Below are positions 1-9,461 of a DNA stretch of 62,718 nt, in pieces. A model generated the notes under the pieces. It ran no database searches. It saw only the letters and a program-made list of their open reading frames with translations, and was not told the origin of the DNA. The DNA is taken from NCBI GenBank assembly GCA_019057865.1, contig JAHLWP010000023.1:1-62718 (forward strand). Direction: 5' to 3'. The translations under genes were made by a program, and so were the position numbers. Within the stretch, counting starts at the first letter, position 1. Each line of letters opens with the position of its first letter. This DNA is from Promethearchaeota archaeon (lineage in GTDB: Archaea; Asgardarchaeota; Lokiarchaeia; Sigyniarchaeales; SOKP01).

Positions 1-129
1 TACAAAATAAGTAAAAGAAAAAAAGTTTTAGTATGACCTAAAAGGTATTAATGCCCAATATTAGATTTCTTATTATAATAAAATTGTTTTTAAAAAGATT
101 TAAATAATAAATTGACATAATAGTATATA

Positions 130-163
130 AAGTTTTTTTCTCAAGAAAGTTTTTTTCTCAAGA
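130..163. repeat. 17-bp perfect tandem duplication (AAGTTTTTTTCTCAAGA x2)
   Basis: Read directly: 130-146 and 147-163 are identical, just downstream of a TATATAA box-like sequence (124-130). Confidence 0.85.
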
Positions 164-238
164 AGTGGAATAGAAATTGGACCCAATAGGAGCTGAACTA
201 AAATAATTAAATTCAAAGGTTTAAGTTTTATAATTGTT

Positions 239-1006
239 ATGATTTTTGCTCAAAATATTCCATATTATAACGTATTAATGAATTTAAATCAAAGTTCAAA
301 TGCAATAGAATGGAACTTTAATGTTGGAGATAGTTTTAATTGGAGTGTAGCTAATAGTGATGTTACATATGGTTATCTCCCAATGAATTCTTATTATAAT
401 TTAGAAATTAAAAGTATAAATACATTGACAGGTATAGATGGAAAAGAAACGTCCCAAATTGATTGTATATTTCAAGCATACAATAATTCAGATAAATCTA
501 CAGATGTAATATTAAACAATGAAATGTTTATTTCTTTTAATAGCTCTATAAATGAAACATTACTATATGATACAGTTTTTAATATTCCATTGCTAATTCC
601 TTCGACCTTACAAGATGGTTTCTATGTTGGTCTAACGAATTTTTTTGTAAATCAGGGCATATTTGATTTTGGGATTAAAATTACTATAAGTGAACGAATT
701 TACAAAATACGCTATTATAATATATCAAATAGTATTAATGTTGAATGGACTTTCAACAATGAATCTAAATGTACTGAGTTAGAAATAACGGATAATGATG
801 TAGAAATTTTCTTATTAACTCTTGTGGAAACTGTTGAAAATGGTGATGACGATAAAACACAAGATAATAATTTATTAATTATCATAATTGCAACTACAAT
901 TCCATCTCTTATAGCAGTAGCTCTTGTAACAACATATACTTTAAAGAAAAAAGGAATAATCTTTAAAAAAAGAGCAGTTTCAGAACATAAAAATGATGCA
1001 ACATGA
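239..1006 (+). CDS. Secreted/surface protein with C-terminal membrane anchor
   Basis: Asn/Ser/Thr-rich beta-type ectodomain with many N-x-S/T sequons, then a hydrophobic helix (LLIIIIATTIPSLIAVALV) and a basic tail. The frame is open back to ATA at 203, which would add a signal-peptide-like IIKFKGLSFIIV. Confidence 0.7.
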   Translation: MIFAQNIPYYNVLMNLNQSSNAIEWNFNVGDSFNWSVANSDVTYGYLPMNSYYNLEIKSINTLTGIDGKETSQIDCIFQAYNNSDKSTDVILNNEMFISFNSSINETLLYDTVFNIPLLIPSTLQDGFYVGLTNFFVNQGIFDFGIKITISERIYKIRYYNISNSINVEWTFNNESKCTELEITDNDVEIFLLTLVETVENGDDDKTQDNNLLIIIIATTIPSLIAVALVTTYTLKKKGIIFKKRAVSEHKNDAT

Positions 1007-1071
1007 CGGATCTTGTATATTATAATTTTTATTTTTATTATTTATTTTAATTTCTTTTTTTTATTATCTAA

Positions 1072-1380
1072 ATTTCCCAATTTAATGCATTAGATGGGTA
1101 TATAACATTCGTTTTAACTGATGAAAGAAGTAATTTCGATACTCGAGCAGGAAAATCTCAAAATCCTGTATCCCAAATTATAGTAAATGTGAAGGAAGAA
1201 AAGGTATTAAATGTATTTAGTAAAATTGTTAGGTCTAAAAATAATTTATATGGCTTGATGAAGCTACTAAAGTATATTATTCCAAGAAAAATAAGAATAA
1301 AGGGTTCTTATATCGCTGCTTTAAAATTAGTAAGATGCCTAATGATTGGAAAGCATGAAGTTTACAAAAAAAGCAAGTGA
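1072..1380 (+). pseudogene. 5'-truncated SCP2/sterol-carrier-like gene remnant
   Basis: Frame is open from 1072 (ISQFNALDGYITFVLTD...) with no canonical start until GTG 1189. C-terminus KIRIKGSYIAALKL resembles the SCP2-fold end. It overlaps the start of the next gene. Confidence 0.45.
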
Positions 1381-2543
1381 GGTTTATAAAAATGAACTTA
1401 AACAAGGATCCATTTTTAGCTGTTTCTAATTCTATTAAGAATCACTATCTTGAAGATTGGCAGAAAAGCAATAAGAAAATAGTCGGGCATTATTATACAT
1501 ATATCCCAGAAGAATTATTACATGCTGCTAATTTACTATCATTTAGAATCAAAGCAACTGGGCATGAAGATACAGATTTAGGAGATGTTTATATGGTACG
1601 ATTTACATGTTTATTTGTAAGGGCTACATTAGATATGGCTTTACGGGGATTATATGATTTTTTAGATGGTCTTTTTATCTGTAATTCCTGTGATCATTCA
1701 CGCAGAATGTTTGAATTATTTGATTTAAAAGTATTCAATAGAGAATCTTTTCAAAAAAAAGTACCAAGATTTTATATCTCATTACCACATATAATTACAG
1801 ATGAAGGTTTTGAATGGTATAAAAAAGAAGTTGAGGAATTAAAAGAAGAAATCGAGAAAAATTATAATCTTAAAACAATAACAGATGAAGAGCTATTTGA
1901 TTCTATTAAGATTTATAACAAGAATAGACATCTTTTAAGGGAAATTCATAAATATAGAATTCGAGATTCTCCAAAAATTAATGGAACTGAGGCTTTGCAA
2001 ATATCAATGGCTAATTCTTCAGTTCCAAAAGATATTGCTAATCAAGAATTAGAGCGAATTTTAAATTTATTAAAAGATAGTGAGGGTTTAAAAACAGATT
2101 CTAAAAGAGTAATGCTTATTGGAAGTGAAGTTGATGATATTAATTTTACAAAACTGATTGAGGATTCTGGTGGCATTATTGTATCAGATTTCTTATGTTT
2201 TGGGACAAGAAATTTCTTAGATGATGTGAGATTAGAGGATAGAAATAATCCTTTAGAAAGTATTTCAAAAAGGCTTTATTACAGAATGTCTTGCCCTAGA
2301 ATGATGGATGATCATCAAAGACGATTAGATTTCCTTAAAGATGAAATAAAACAGGCAAAAGTTGATGGTATTATTCTACAAAGGATTAACAACTGTGATT
2401 TGCATGGTTGCGATAACATGCTTTATGTACATGAGTTAAAAGAGTTAGACCTTCCTATCTTGAATATTGATCGAGAATTCTTCCAAGCAGATACTACTCG
2501 CCTTCAAACGAGAATTGAAGCTTTTATTGAAATGATTTCTTAA
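1377..2543 (+). CDS. 2-hydroxyacyl-CoA dehydratase / benzoyl-CoA reductase family subunit (HgdB/FldC-like)
   Basis: YIPEELLHAA, NSCDHSRR, DFLCFGTR, SCPR, NCDLH and TRIEAFIEM are typical HGD-D family motifs. Confidence 0.85.
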   Translation: MRFIKMNLNKDPFLAVSNSIKNHYLEDWQKSNKKIVGHYYTYIPEELLHAANLLSFRIKATGHEDTDLGDVYMVRFTCLFVRATLDMALRGLYDFLDGLFICNSCDHSRRMFELFDLKVFNRESFQKKVPRFYISLPHIITDEGFEWYKKEVEELKEEIEKNYNLKTITDEELFDSIKIYNKNRHLLREIHKYRIRDSPKINGTEALQISMANSSVPKDIANQELERILNLLKDSEGLKTDSKRVMLIGSEVDDINFTKLIEDSGGIIVSDFLCFGTRNFLDDVRLEDRNNPLESISKRLYYRMSCPRMMDDHQRRLDFLKDEIKQAKVDGIILQRINNCDLHGCDNMLYVHELKELDLPILNIDREFFQADTTRLQTRIEAFIEMIS

Positions 2544-2575
2544 GATACGAAAATTCAATTAAAAAGAGAAAGTGA

Positions 2576-3205
2576 ATGAAAATGGAAAAATCTCTTGTTT
2601 TAGAAAATAGAGTTATCCCTATGAGGATGTTATATGAAGCTTTATCAACCACAGATCAATTAGTTAAGGGCATACTTCCTAAAAATGGGAAACCCGCATT
2701 AAGAATTGGTGTGGAAAAAGTGAAATCTGTTTTAGAAAGATATATCGAAAAAGCAAGAGAAGGACTTCCAATAGTAGGATATCATTTTGCTATTCCTACT
2801 GAATATCTTTCATGTTTTGATTGTGTTCCTGTATGTCTTGAAGGAACAGGCTATTATTTAGCAACAATGTTATTACATGGTGTTGAAAAATATTATGATT
2901 TGATGGGAAATTGGGGACATCCATTTCGTACCTGCACTGCTCAAAAGGGACCAATGGGTATGACATTGGATAACCTGTTTCAATTTGATGGAATAATCAT
3001 ACCTACAGCTCCATGTGATAATACATGTGCTTCTTATCCATTCTTTAAGTAAGGAAAGAAAATTCCTTTAATTATAGCAGATATATCTTTCCGCAAGGAT
3101 GAAAAGAGTTATGTATATTATGCTGAGCAGATTGAGAACAGTTTAATTCAACTTGGGAGGGTAATCGGTCAAGATCCTGATTTTGAAAAAATTAAAAAGA
3201 ATTAA
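2576..3205 (+). pseudogene. Disrupted 2-hydroxyacyl-CoA dehydratase partner subunit (HgdA-like)
   Basis: The ORF stops at TAA 3050-3052 after APCDNTCASYPFFK. The same frame continues with family-like GKKIPLIIAD...YYAEQIE...VIGQDPDFEKIKK to TAA 3203-3205, and the C-terminal half is missing. Confidence 0.8.
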
Positions 3206-3273
3206 ATTATCTAATTATTTTAACATTTATAACAACAATTTAAATGAGATTTTAGCCTTATAAAGTTTTCCCT

Positions 3274-4170
3274 ATGATATCTGGCTTTTCAATTATTTTA
3301 GAGGATGATATACTTTATTGTTCTAATAAAAAGAAATATCCTTCTTTTGAGATAGTACTCTTTGTAGAAAAGCTAATGAGAAGTATAAATCCTAGAAATT
3401 CATGGCGTTTGAAGAAAATTTGTTTAACAAATCAGAAAATAAGGAAAGAACGGATTGTTATTAAACACATAGTCACCAAGAAAAATCAAAATTTATTCTT
3501 TTGCATTATTGGCAATTTTCTTGTAGGATCTAGTCAAGCTTTTAAAATGCTAAAAGAATTTAGTAAACAAGTTAATAGTCATTTTAAGAACTTGGGTGTA
3601 TTAGAAGAGGCGTCAAAAAAATCTGCATTTAAAGAAATTATTAATCTTATTACTAATTATCTAAAAGATAAATATGTTGAATACTTAAATGAGGAAGAAA
3701 TAGACCAAGATATTACTAATAGTAATAATAATACAATTCATTATGCAGGAATTTCTACCCAAGGTTTACCAATCATATCTCAATTATATGATAGAAATTT
3801 ATTAAATAATTTAGAAAGAGAACCAACCAAAGAAAATATAGAATTATTTATTTCAGATCTTTCTGCTAAATTAGCTACTATTGCAATGAATACCCAGATT
3901 CGAGCCAAAACAAAAATTAAAGAAATTCATCTAAATGATATTGAAGACAATAATAATAACAAGAAAATAATTTTGTTTGGAAGCATTAATGGGTATTCTA
4001 TCGATTTTATTGCATCTGGTAATTTTTATAAGATTAAAGGTATATTTAAACAACTCAAATCTAAAATGTCTTTAGATAATACCTTTAAAAACGAATTTTC
4101 TGGAGATTTAAAACCTTTTAAACATTTAAAGAAATATCTTAATGAAGTTGTAAAAGATTTTGACTATTAA
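3274..4170 (+). CDS. Putative longin-like plus roadblock/longin-like two-domain protein
   Basis: N-domain has a longin-like pattern (FFCIIG...AFKMLKEFSKQV). C-domain has a roadblock/longin-like pattern (YAGISTQGLPIIS...LSAKLATIAMNT). Confidence 0.55.
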   Translation: MISGFSIILEDDILYCSNKKKYPSFEIVLFVEKLMRSINPRNSWRLKKICLTNQKIRKERIVIKHIVTKKNQNLFFCIIGNFLVGSSQAFKMLKEFSKQVNSHFKNLGVLEEASKKSAFKEIINLITNYLKDKYVEYLNEEEIDQDITNSNNNTIHYAGISTQGLPIISQLYDRNLLNNLEREPTKENIELFISDLSAKLATIAMNTQIRAKTKIKEIHLNDIEDNNNNKKIILFGSINGYSIDFIASGNFYKIKGIFKQLKSKMSLDNTFKNEFSGDLKPFKHLKKYLNEVVKDFDY

Positions 4171-4198
4171 ATTATAATATATATAATTCATATCATTC

Positions 4199-5491
4199 AT
4201 GAAAGCTGTAATCTTAGCTGCTGGAGAGGGAACGCGTCTAAGACCGATTACTTCAACTCGCCCTAAGACAATGATTCCTCTCGCTGGAAAGCCTTACCTT
4301 GCACATACTATTTTAGGATTAAAGGAAGCCGGAATTGAACATATTTTATTGGTGGTTGGATATAAGGAAAAACTGATAAAAGATTACTTTGAAAATTACA
4401 AGAAAGTATTTGACATTAAATTTGAATTTATCACTCAGAAAGAATATTTAGGCACAGCTCACGCAGCTAGTCATGCTAAAGATTTTATTAATGATGAACC
4501 TTTCTTACTAATGTATGGTGATATTCTAGTAGATAGAATCGTATTTAAAGAAATAATACAGAAGTTTAAAGAAACTAAAACTGATGGGCTTATTTTATTA
4601 ATTAAAGTAGACAATCCTGAAAATTTTGGAATAATTTCACTCGATTCTAATGGTTTTGTTGAGAAAATTACTGAAAAACCAGCTTCAGAATTAAATCTAG
4701 GAAACTTAGCAAATGCTGGAATTTTTATTTTTGATTCGATGATATTTGACGCTATTGAGAAAACAAAAAAATCAATTAGGAACGAATATGAGTTTACAGA
4801 TTCCATGGAATTCCTTATAAATCATTTAAATAAAAAAATCTATGGATTAATTATTGAAGATAGATTCTGGAGTGATATAGGATTACCATGGCAATTAATA
4901 GAGGCAAATGCTTACCTTTTAGAGAGTATTAAAACGAATTTTTTAGGAAATGTTGAAGAAAATGTGGTTATCTCAGGTAATGTGTATATTGGAAAAAATA
5001 CAGATGTTAGAGCTGGTACATATATCCAAGGACCATGTCATATCGGTGAAAATTGTTTAATTGGACCCAACGCTTTTATACGACCTTATACTTCTATTGG
5101 TGATAATTGTCATATTGGTATTTCTGAGGTTAAAAATTCCTTAATTTTTTCTAATACAGATGTTCCACATTTTAATTATGTTGGTGATTCCATTATTTGC
5201 GAAAATGTAAACTTGGGCGCAGGAACAAAACTTTCAAACTTGAGATTTGATAATAAAAATATAAAAATGAATGTTAATGGAAAATTGATTGATTCTGGTC
5301 GAAGAAAATTAGGTGCGATTATTGGACCTAATTCACAAACAGGGATTAACGCAAGTATAATGTGTGGTAAGAAGATAGGTGAAAATTCTATAATTGGAGC
5401 ACATACATTGGTAAATGAAGATATCCCTGCGAAAACGCTCTATTACCAGAATTTAAAGGGAAAAATTGTAAAGAAACCCATTACTTTTTAA
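4199..5491 (+). CDS. glmU: Archaeal bifunctional sugar-1-phosphate nucleotidylyltransferase/acetyltransferase
   Basis: MKAVILAAGEGTRLRP nucleotidyltransferase motif plus a C-terminal hexapeptide beta-helix with PHFNYVGDS and SGRRKLGA. Confidence 0.9.
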   Translation: MKAVILAAGEGTRLRPITSTRPKTMIPLAGKPYLAHTILGLKEAGIEHILLVVGYKEKLIKDYFENYKKVFDIKFEFITQKEYLGTAHAASHAKDFINDEPFLLMYGDILVDRIVFKEIIQKFKETKTDGLILLIKVDNPENFGIISLDSNGFVEKITEKPASELNLGNLANAGIFIFDSMIFDAIEKTKKSIRNEYEFTDSMEFLINHLNKKIYGLIIEDRFWSDIGLPWQLIEANAYLLESIKTNFLGNVEENVVISGNVYIGKNTDVRAGTYIQGPCHIGENCLIGPNAFIRPYTSIGDNCHIGISEVKNSLIFSNTDVPHFNYVGDSIICENVNLGAGTKLSNLRFDNKNIKMNVNGKLIDSGRRKLGAIIGPNSQTGINASIMCGKKIGENSIIGAHTLVNEDIPAKTLYYQNLKGKIVKKPITF

Positions 5492-5516
5492 TTTTTTAAT
5501 TTTGAATTTAAGAATT

Positions 5517-7241
5517 TTAGATTTTGCTTAATTCTCTCTTTTTAAATTGGCGTAATAATTTTGAGAATTTTAAGGCTTTATCATTATAATCTAGTTCTGC
5601 AAGTGCTTGTTCTTGATAAGCAACAAATATTTTTTCTGACAATTTTTCCCAATCTCTACAAATTGCAAGAGTCTGCTCATCATTTCTAAGGAGACTCTCG
5701 TAAGACATAATTCGATGAAATTCAGGAGCCAATGCGTTAATAATATCTTTATCAGCACCCTTCAATAAATCATGAATAAATGCATCTAAGGAATACCAAT
5801 CCTTTACTCTTTGAAAGTCACGATGGATTTGTGTCAGTAAAACCAGCCTTGGACCTTCCCACAGTTCCATTATCATCGAGTCCCTGTGTAATCGTGGAAA
5901 AGATAAAAAATCTTCCATAATTCCATGACCTCCAAAAAAAGAAATAGCCCTTCTAATCATAGCTGGTGCTTCATCAGCAACAACAATCTTTTGTAGCATT
6001 ATCAATTCTCTTAATCTAAAACGACGCTTACGTTCTTCTAGATCATCTATCTTTTCTAGGTCTCTTATACCACTTATTAATTCTTCGCCAAAATGAATAA
6101 ATTCAGAATAAACCTTAAAAGCTCCTGCTACTGTTCTTTTAGCATAATCATTTAATTCATTAATCTGATTAATCATCATAGGGAATGAGGCTACGGGGAT
6201 CTCAAAAGCTGTTCTAAATTGAGCATATAAAGTCGCTTCTCGGGCTACGCGTAATGCTCCTGCAGCCATGCCAAAAGCAACGTGAAGGCGTGATAATGAT
6301 AATACAATTCCAACCACATCTGCAAGTCCTTTTTCAAGTGGACCAACTGGATAAGCAACAGCTCCATTATAAGTTATTTCTGCTGTTGGTAATTCTGCAG
6401 TTCCCAATTTTGGCTTAAGGCGATCAATAGTATATGAGTTCCTGATTTCACTCTCCTTATTATTTGGAAGCCAAGATGGAACAACAAACGCAGCAACTCT
6501 GGTTGAGGATGGTGTTCCCTTGGGTTTAGCAGTCACCAGAGCATAATCAGTATGAGCTGCAGAACAGAAAAACTTTTGTCCATATAACCTCCAGCAATTT
6601 GAAATGCCATCGGGACCCTCAGATTCCTCGAAATTAGCTTCAACAAGATTAACTGGAATATCACTTCCACCTTGAATTTCACTGACAAATTGGGCACCTC
6701 TACTATACTCACCATCCTTTCCATCTCTAATATAGGCGAGAATTTCTTGTGCTTCAGGAGATAATTGCTCTTCATATTTCTGCATTAGCCAAACTAACCC
6801 ATGTGTACATGCAACAGGGCACATTGCTCCTGCTTCTCCATTCTCATTTAATAAGAAGATTTTAATAAATCTACTCCACGCACTATTTCTTAGAGGATCA
6901 AAAAGTCCAAGGCTAAAAATTTCACGCTCTAATGTTTCAGTTTCCATACAACGCTCTATGCGATCAATCCGATGATTATGAGCATCGTAATGTTTAACTT
7001 TCGTGACTTTTATTCTATTTTCAAGTTCATTGGCTTTATCTGAAAGATCTCGAAATCTGTATGATACATAATCCGACAGTGCTCGAAGATCACGGTCAAT
7101 GTTTTCAAATTCATTACCAGTATATTTTTTAACTAGAGCTTGAAGAAATTCATCATCTCGATAATAATTAAAATGATTTCTCACAAACAAATAATCATCA
7201 AAAGAATACGGATTATTCCTATTACCTTCTTGAGTAGACAT
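5517..7241 (-). CDS. Acyl-CoA dehydrogenase, AidB-like
   Basis: CPVACTHG, SEIQGGSD, LYGQKFFCSA, RLKPKLGTAELPTAEI, GGHGIME and ELWEGP. Confidence 0.85.
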   Translation of the reverse strand: MSTQEGNRNNPYSFDDYLFVRNHFNYYRDDEFLQALVKKYTGNEFENIDRDLRALSDYVSYRFRDLSDKANELENRIKVTKVKHYDAHNHRIDRIERCMETETLEREIFSLGLFDPLRNSAWSRFIKIFLLNENGEAGAMCPVACTHGLVWLMQKYEEQLSPEAQEILAYIRDGKDGEYSRGAQFVSEIQGGSDIPVNLVEANFEESEGPDGISNCWRLYGQKFFCSAAHTDYALVTAKPKGTPSSTRVAAFVVPSWLPNNKESEIRNSYTIDRLKPKLGTAELPTAEITYNGAVAYPVGPLEKGLADVVGIVLSLSRLHVAFGMAAGALRVAREATLYAQFRTAFEIPVASFPMMINQINELNDYAKRTVAGAFKVYSEFIHFGEELISGIRDLEKIDDLEERKRRFRLRELIMLQKIVVADEAPAMIRRAISFFGGHGIMEDFLSFPRLHRDSMIMELWEGPRLVLLTQIHRDFQRVKDWYSLDAFIHDLLKGADKDIINALAPEFHRIMSYESLLRNDEQTLAICRDWEKLSEKIFVAYQEQALAELDYNDKALKFSKLLRQFKKRELSKI

Positions 7242-7342
7242 ATAAAAGGTTTCTTTAAATTTGTAATTTTAAATTAAAATCAATATTTTAGATAGAATAA
7301 GTAAGTAATTAAAATTTGCTTTTGATCAACTTATTAAACCGT

Positions 7343-8140
7343 TCATTCAGTTTTTTCTGACTTACTTTCCTCAGTTGAAACTGCTTTTCTTGTTTCTGTA
7401 GGAGGTGAACGTCTAGTTTTTCTTTGAAGTTTTTTTACATTGATTCGTTCTGTTCTTCTTATTTCTGATTTTCGAGACCTTTTTATGGGAACTTCAACAA
7501 TTTCAAAATCCTCTTCTTTAGGAACATATTCTTTATCTACTCCACCTTCAGGAATAGATATTAATTTGCTTTTAATTATCACAGAACTAGATAATGGATA
7601 TATTGTTTTTGCTACTCTCTGAATTTGGTTCTGAAATTCTCCATACACCATGCCAACAATGAATTTCTCGTGATTTAGTGATCCAGCAAATTCTTCTAAA
7701 ATTTCTCTCATAATCTTACGGATTAAAATTTGCTGAGTATTTCTAGCTCTTTTTATTGTAGTACAAATCATTGTTACTCGAAATATATAATTATCTAATG
7801 TTTTCAAATTCAAAATAATCTGGATCTTTGAACTCCCTCTTCCTATTAAAGATCTGATGTAATCATTTGTGTAACTATGTCCAACAAAAACAGTTTCGCA
7901 TTTCTTTGGACCTTCATTTACGTTGATGACTTTAAAACTCAATTTTAAGCTAATATCAGAATAACTATTAGTGAAATCATAAAGAAGAGTCTCGATCACC
8001 CTCCCTAAAACATTATTTTCAACTCCAATAACATCAGCAATCTCTTTAAAATTGAAACTTTTAGGGGCTGAAATTGTATACCAATTCTTGTCCTTATATA
8101 AGACTTTTTTAGTTTTCCTTTTTCTTGCTTTTTGGCTCAT
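7343..8140 (-). CDS. rps3ae: 30S ribosomal protein S3Ae (eS1) with C-terminal extension
   Basis: KNWYTISAPKSF, GRVIETLLYDFT, DYIRSLI and KTIYPL; directly downstream of uS15. Confidence 0.92.
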   Translation of the reverse strand: MSQKARKRKTKKVLYKDKNWYTISAPKSFNFKEIADVIGVENNVLGRVIETLLYDFTNSYSDISLKLSFKVINVNEGPKKCETVFVGHSYTNDYIRSLIGRGSSKIQIILNLKTLDNYIFRVTMICTTIKRARNTQQILIRKIMREILEEFAGSLNHEKFIVGMVYGEFQNQIQRVAKTIYPLSSSVIIKSKLISIPEGGVDKEYVPKEEDFEIVEVPIKRSRKSEIRRTERINVKKLQRKTRRSPPTETRKAVSTEESKSEKTE

Positions 8141-8153
8141 GTCTTTGGTCCTC

Positions 8154-8612
8154 CTATCTTGCTACCAGCGTTCTAATTTTTTCTGGGTCATATTTGAAAT
8201 CTACCGGTAGCTTTTTCTTTTTCTTATAATATTTAATTAATCGGTAGATTTTTGATTCGGTTCTATTAAGACCCTTTTTTGCCTCTAGATCCTTATGGTT
8301 TGATTCGAGATGTTTTCTAATGTTAAATGCTTTTTTTACTAAGTTTGAAAATTCTTCGGGTAATGGGGCTTCTATTTCATTATCTTTGAGGATTTGACTG
8401 ATAGGTTTTCCTGTCACTACTTTAACCAATGGTATACCATAACTATCTCGTAATACTACTCCTATCATTGAAGCGGAATAAGCCTTTCGAGCAAGTTTAA
8501 CAACTAGATTTTCAACTTCCTCAGCAGAATATTCTACCCATACTGGTTTCTCTAATCTTGCAGGGCGCGTACTTCCTGATTTACCTTTCTTACGAGAATG
8601 CATCCGAGCCAT
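8154..8612 (-). CDS. rps15: 30S ribosomal protein S15 (uS15, archaeal/eukaryotic type)
   Basis: MARMHSRKKGKSGS, IGVVLRDSYGIP and ESKIYRLIKYYK. Confidence 0.97.
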   Translation of the reverse strand: MARMHSRKKGKSGSTRPARLEKPVWVEYSAEEVENLVVKLARKAYSASMIGVVLRDSYGIPLVKVVTGKPISQILKDNEIEAPLPEEFSNLVKKAFNIRKHLESNHKDLEAKKGLNRTESKIYRLIKYYKKKKKLPVDFKYDPEKIRTLVAR

Positions 8613-8760
8613 TTTTTTCTTCCTGGTTCTACTTTTTACAGAAAATATAGGCTAATTAATAAAATAGATAAAGAATCATATAAAATAAAATTTTGCAATT
8701 TAAATTCTAATAGAAGAAGATTAACAAAATAAATTTTGGTACTCTATTATTAAAATATTT

Positions 8761-9354
8761 ATGAAGAATAAAAATGAAATTCTTTACTTTATTACTGGAA
8801 ATAATAATAAATTTAATGAAGTTTTGAGTTTTTTCGAGAAAGAAAACTTAAATTATTTTTTAAAACAAAAGAAGATTAAAACAATCGAAATTCAAGCAGA
8901 TTCTATTAAAAATGTAGCCTTATTTAAATTAAATAGCATAAGGGAAAAAATTAATGGCTCTTTTTTCATTGAAGATGCTGGATTTTTTGTAGATATCCCC
9001 CTCAATGGCTTTCCAGGTGTTTATTCCTCATATGTATTGAGAACCATTGGTAATGAAAGAATACTTAAATTAATTAATGATTTTGTTCAATCAAGAGCTC
9101 ATTTTTCTGCAGTTATTGCTTTATATTTTAAACCTAAAGATAAAATCCTCTATTTTGAAGGTAATGTAGAAGGAAGGGTTTCGAGTAAAATTAGAGGTAA
9201 GGGTGGATTTGGTTTTGATCCGATTTTTATCCCTGATAGTATACCTGATAAGACTTTTGCTGAACTCTCAATAGAAGAAAAAAATCGTGTATCTCATAGA
9301 GGGATAGCACTAAAAAAATTAGTTGATTTTCTTCAGCAAAATATGAAAACTTGA
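8761..9354 (+). CDS. rdgB: XTP/dITP diphosphatase (RdgB/HAM1)
   Basis: FITGNNNK, EDAG, GFPGVYS, GFGFDPIF and EKNRVSHRG. Confidence 0.93.
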   Translation: MKNKNEILYFITGNNNKFNEVLSFFEKENLNYFLKQKKIKTIEIQADSIKNVALFKLNSIREKINGSFFIEDAGFFVDIPLNGFPGVYSSYVLRTIGNERILKLINDFVQSRAHFSAVIALYFKPKDKILYFEGNVEGRVSSKIRGKGGFGFDPIFIPDSIPDKTFAELSIEEKNRVSHRGIALKKLVDFLQQNMKT

Positions 9355-9461
9355 AAGGAATTTTTTAAAATGTTTGGCGAAATATATCCATTATAGTTTG
9401 TCGACTTAATTTCATTAAAATTATAAAAGTCAATAGATCTTTAGAAAGCGCATTATTCAAA

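Noticed and set aside
112-130. Bacterial sigma70 promoter (TTGACA ... TATATAA)
   Set aside because: The spacing is far shorter than 17 bp and the genome is archaeal.
1377-2543. Second benzoyl-CoA reductase
   Set aside because: It lacks Bzd/Bcr-specific motifs and context; it is a generic HgdB-like gene with a broken partner.
3050-3052. Stop-codon recoding (Sec/Pyl) in the HgdA-like gene
   Set aside because: The stop is TAA rather than TGA or TAG, and the gene is truncated anyway 51 codons later.
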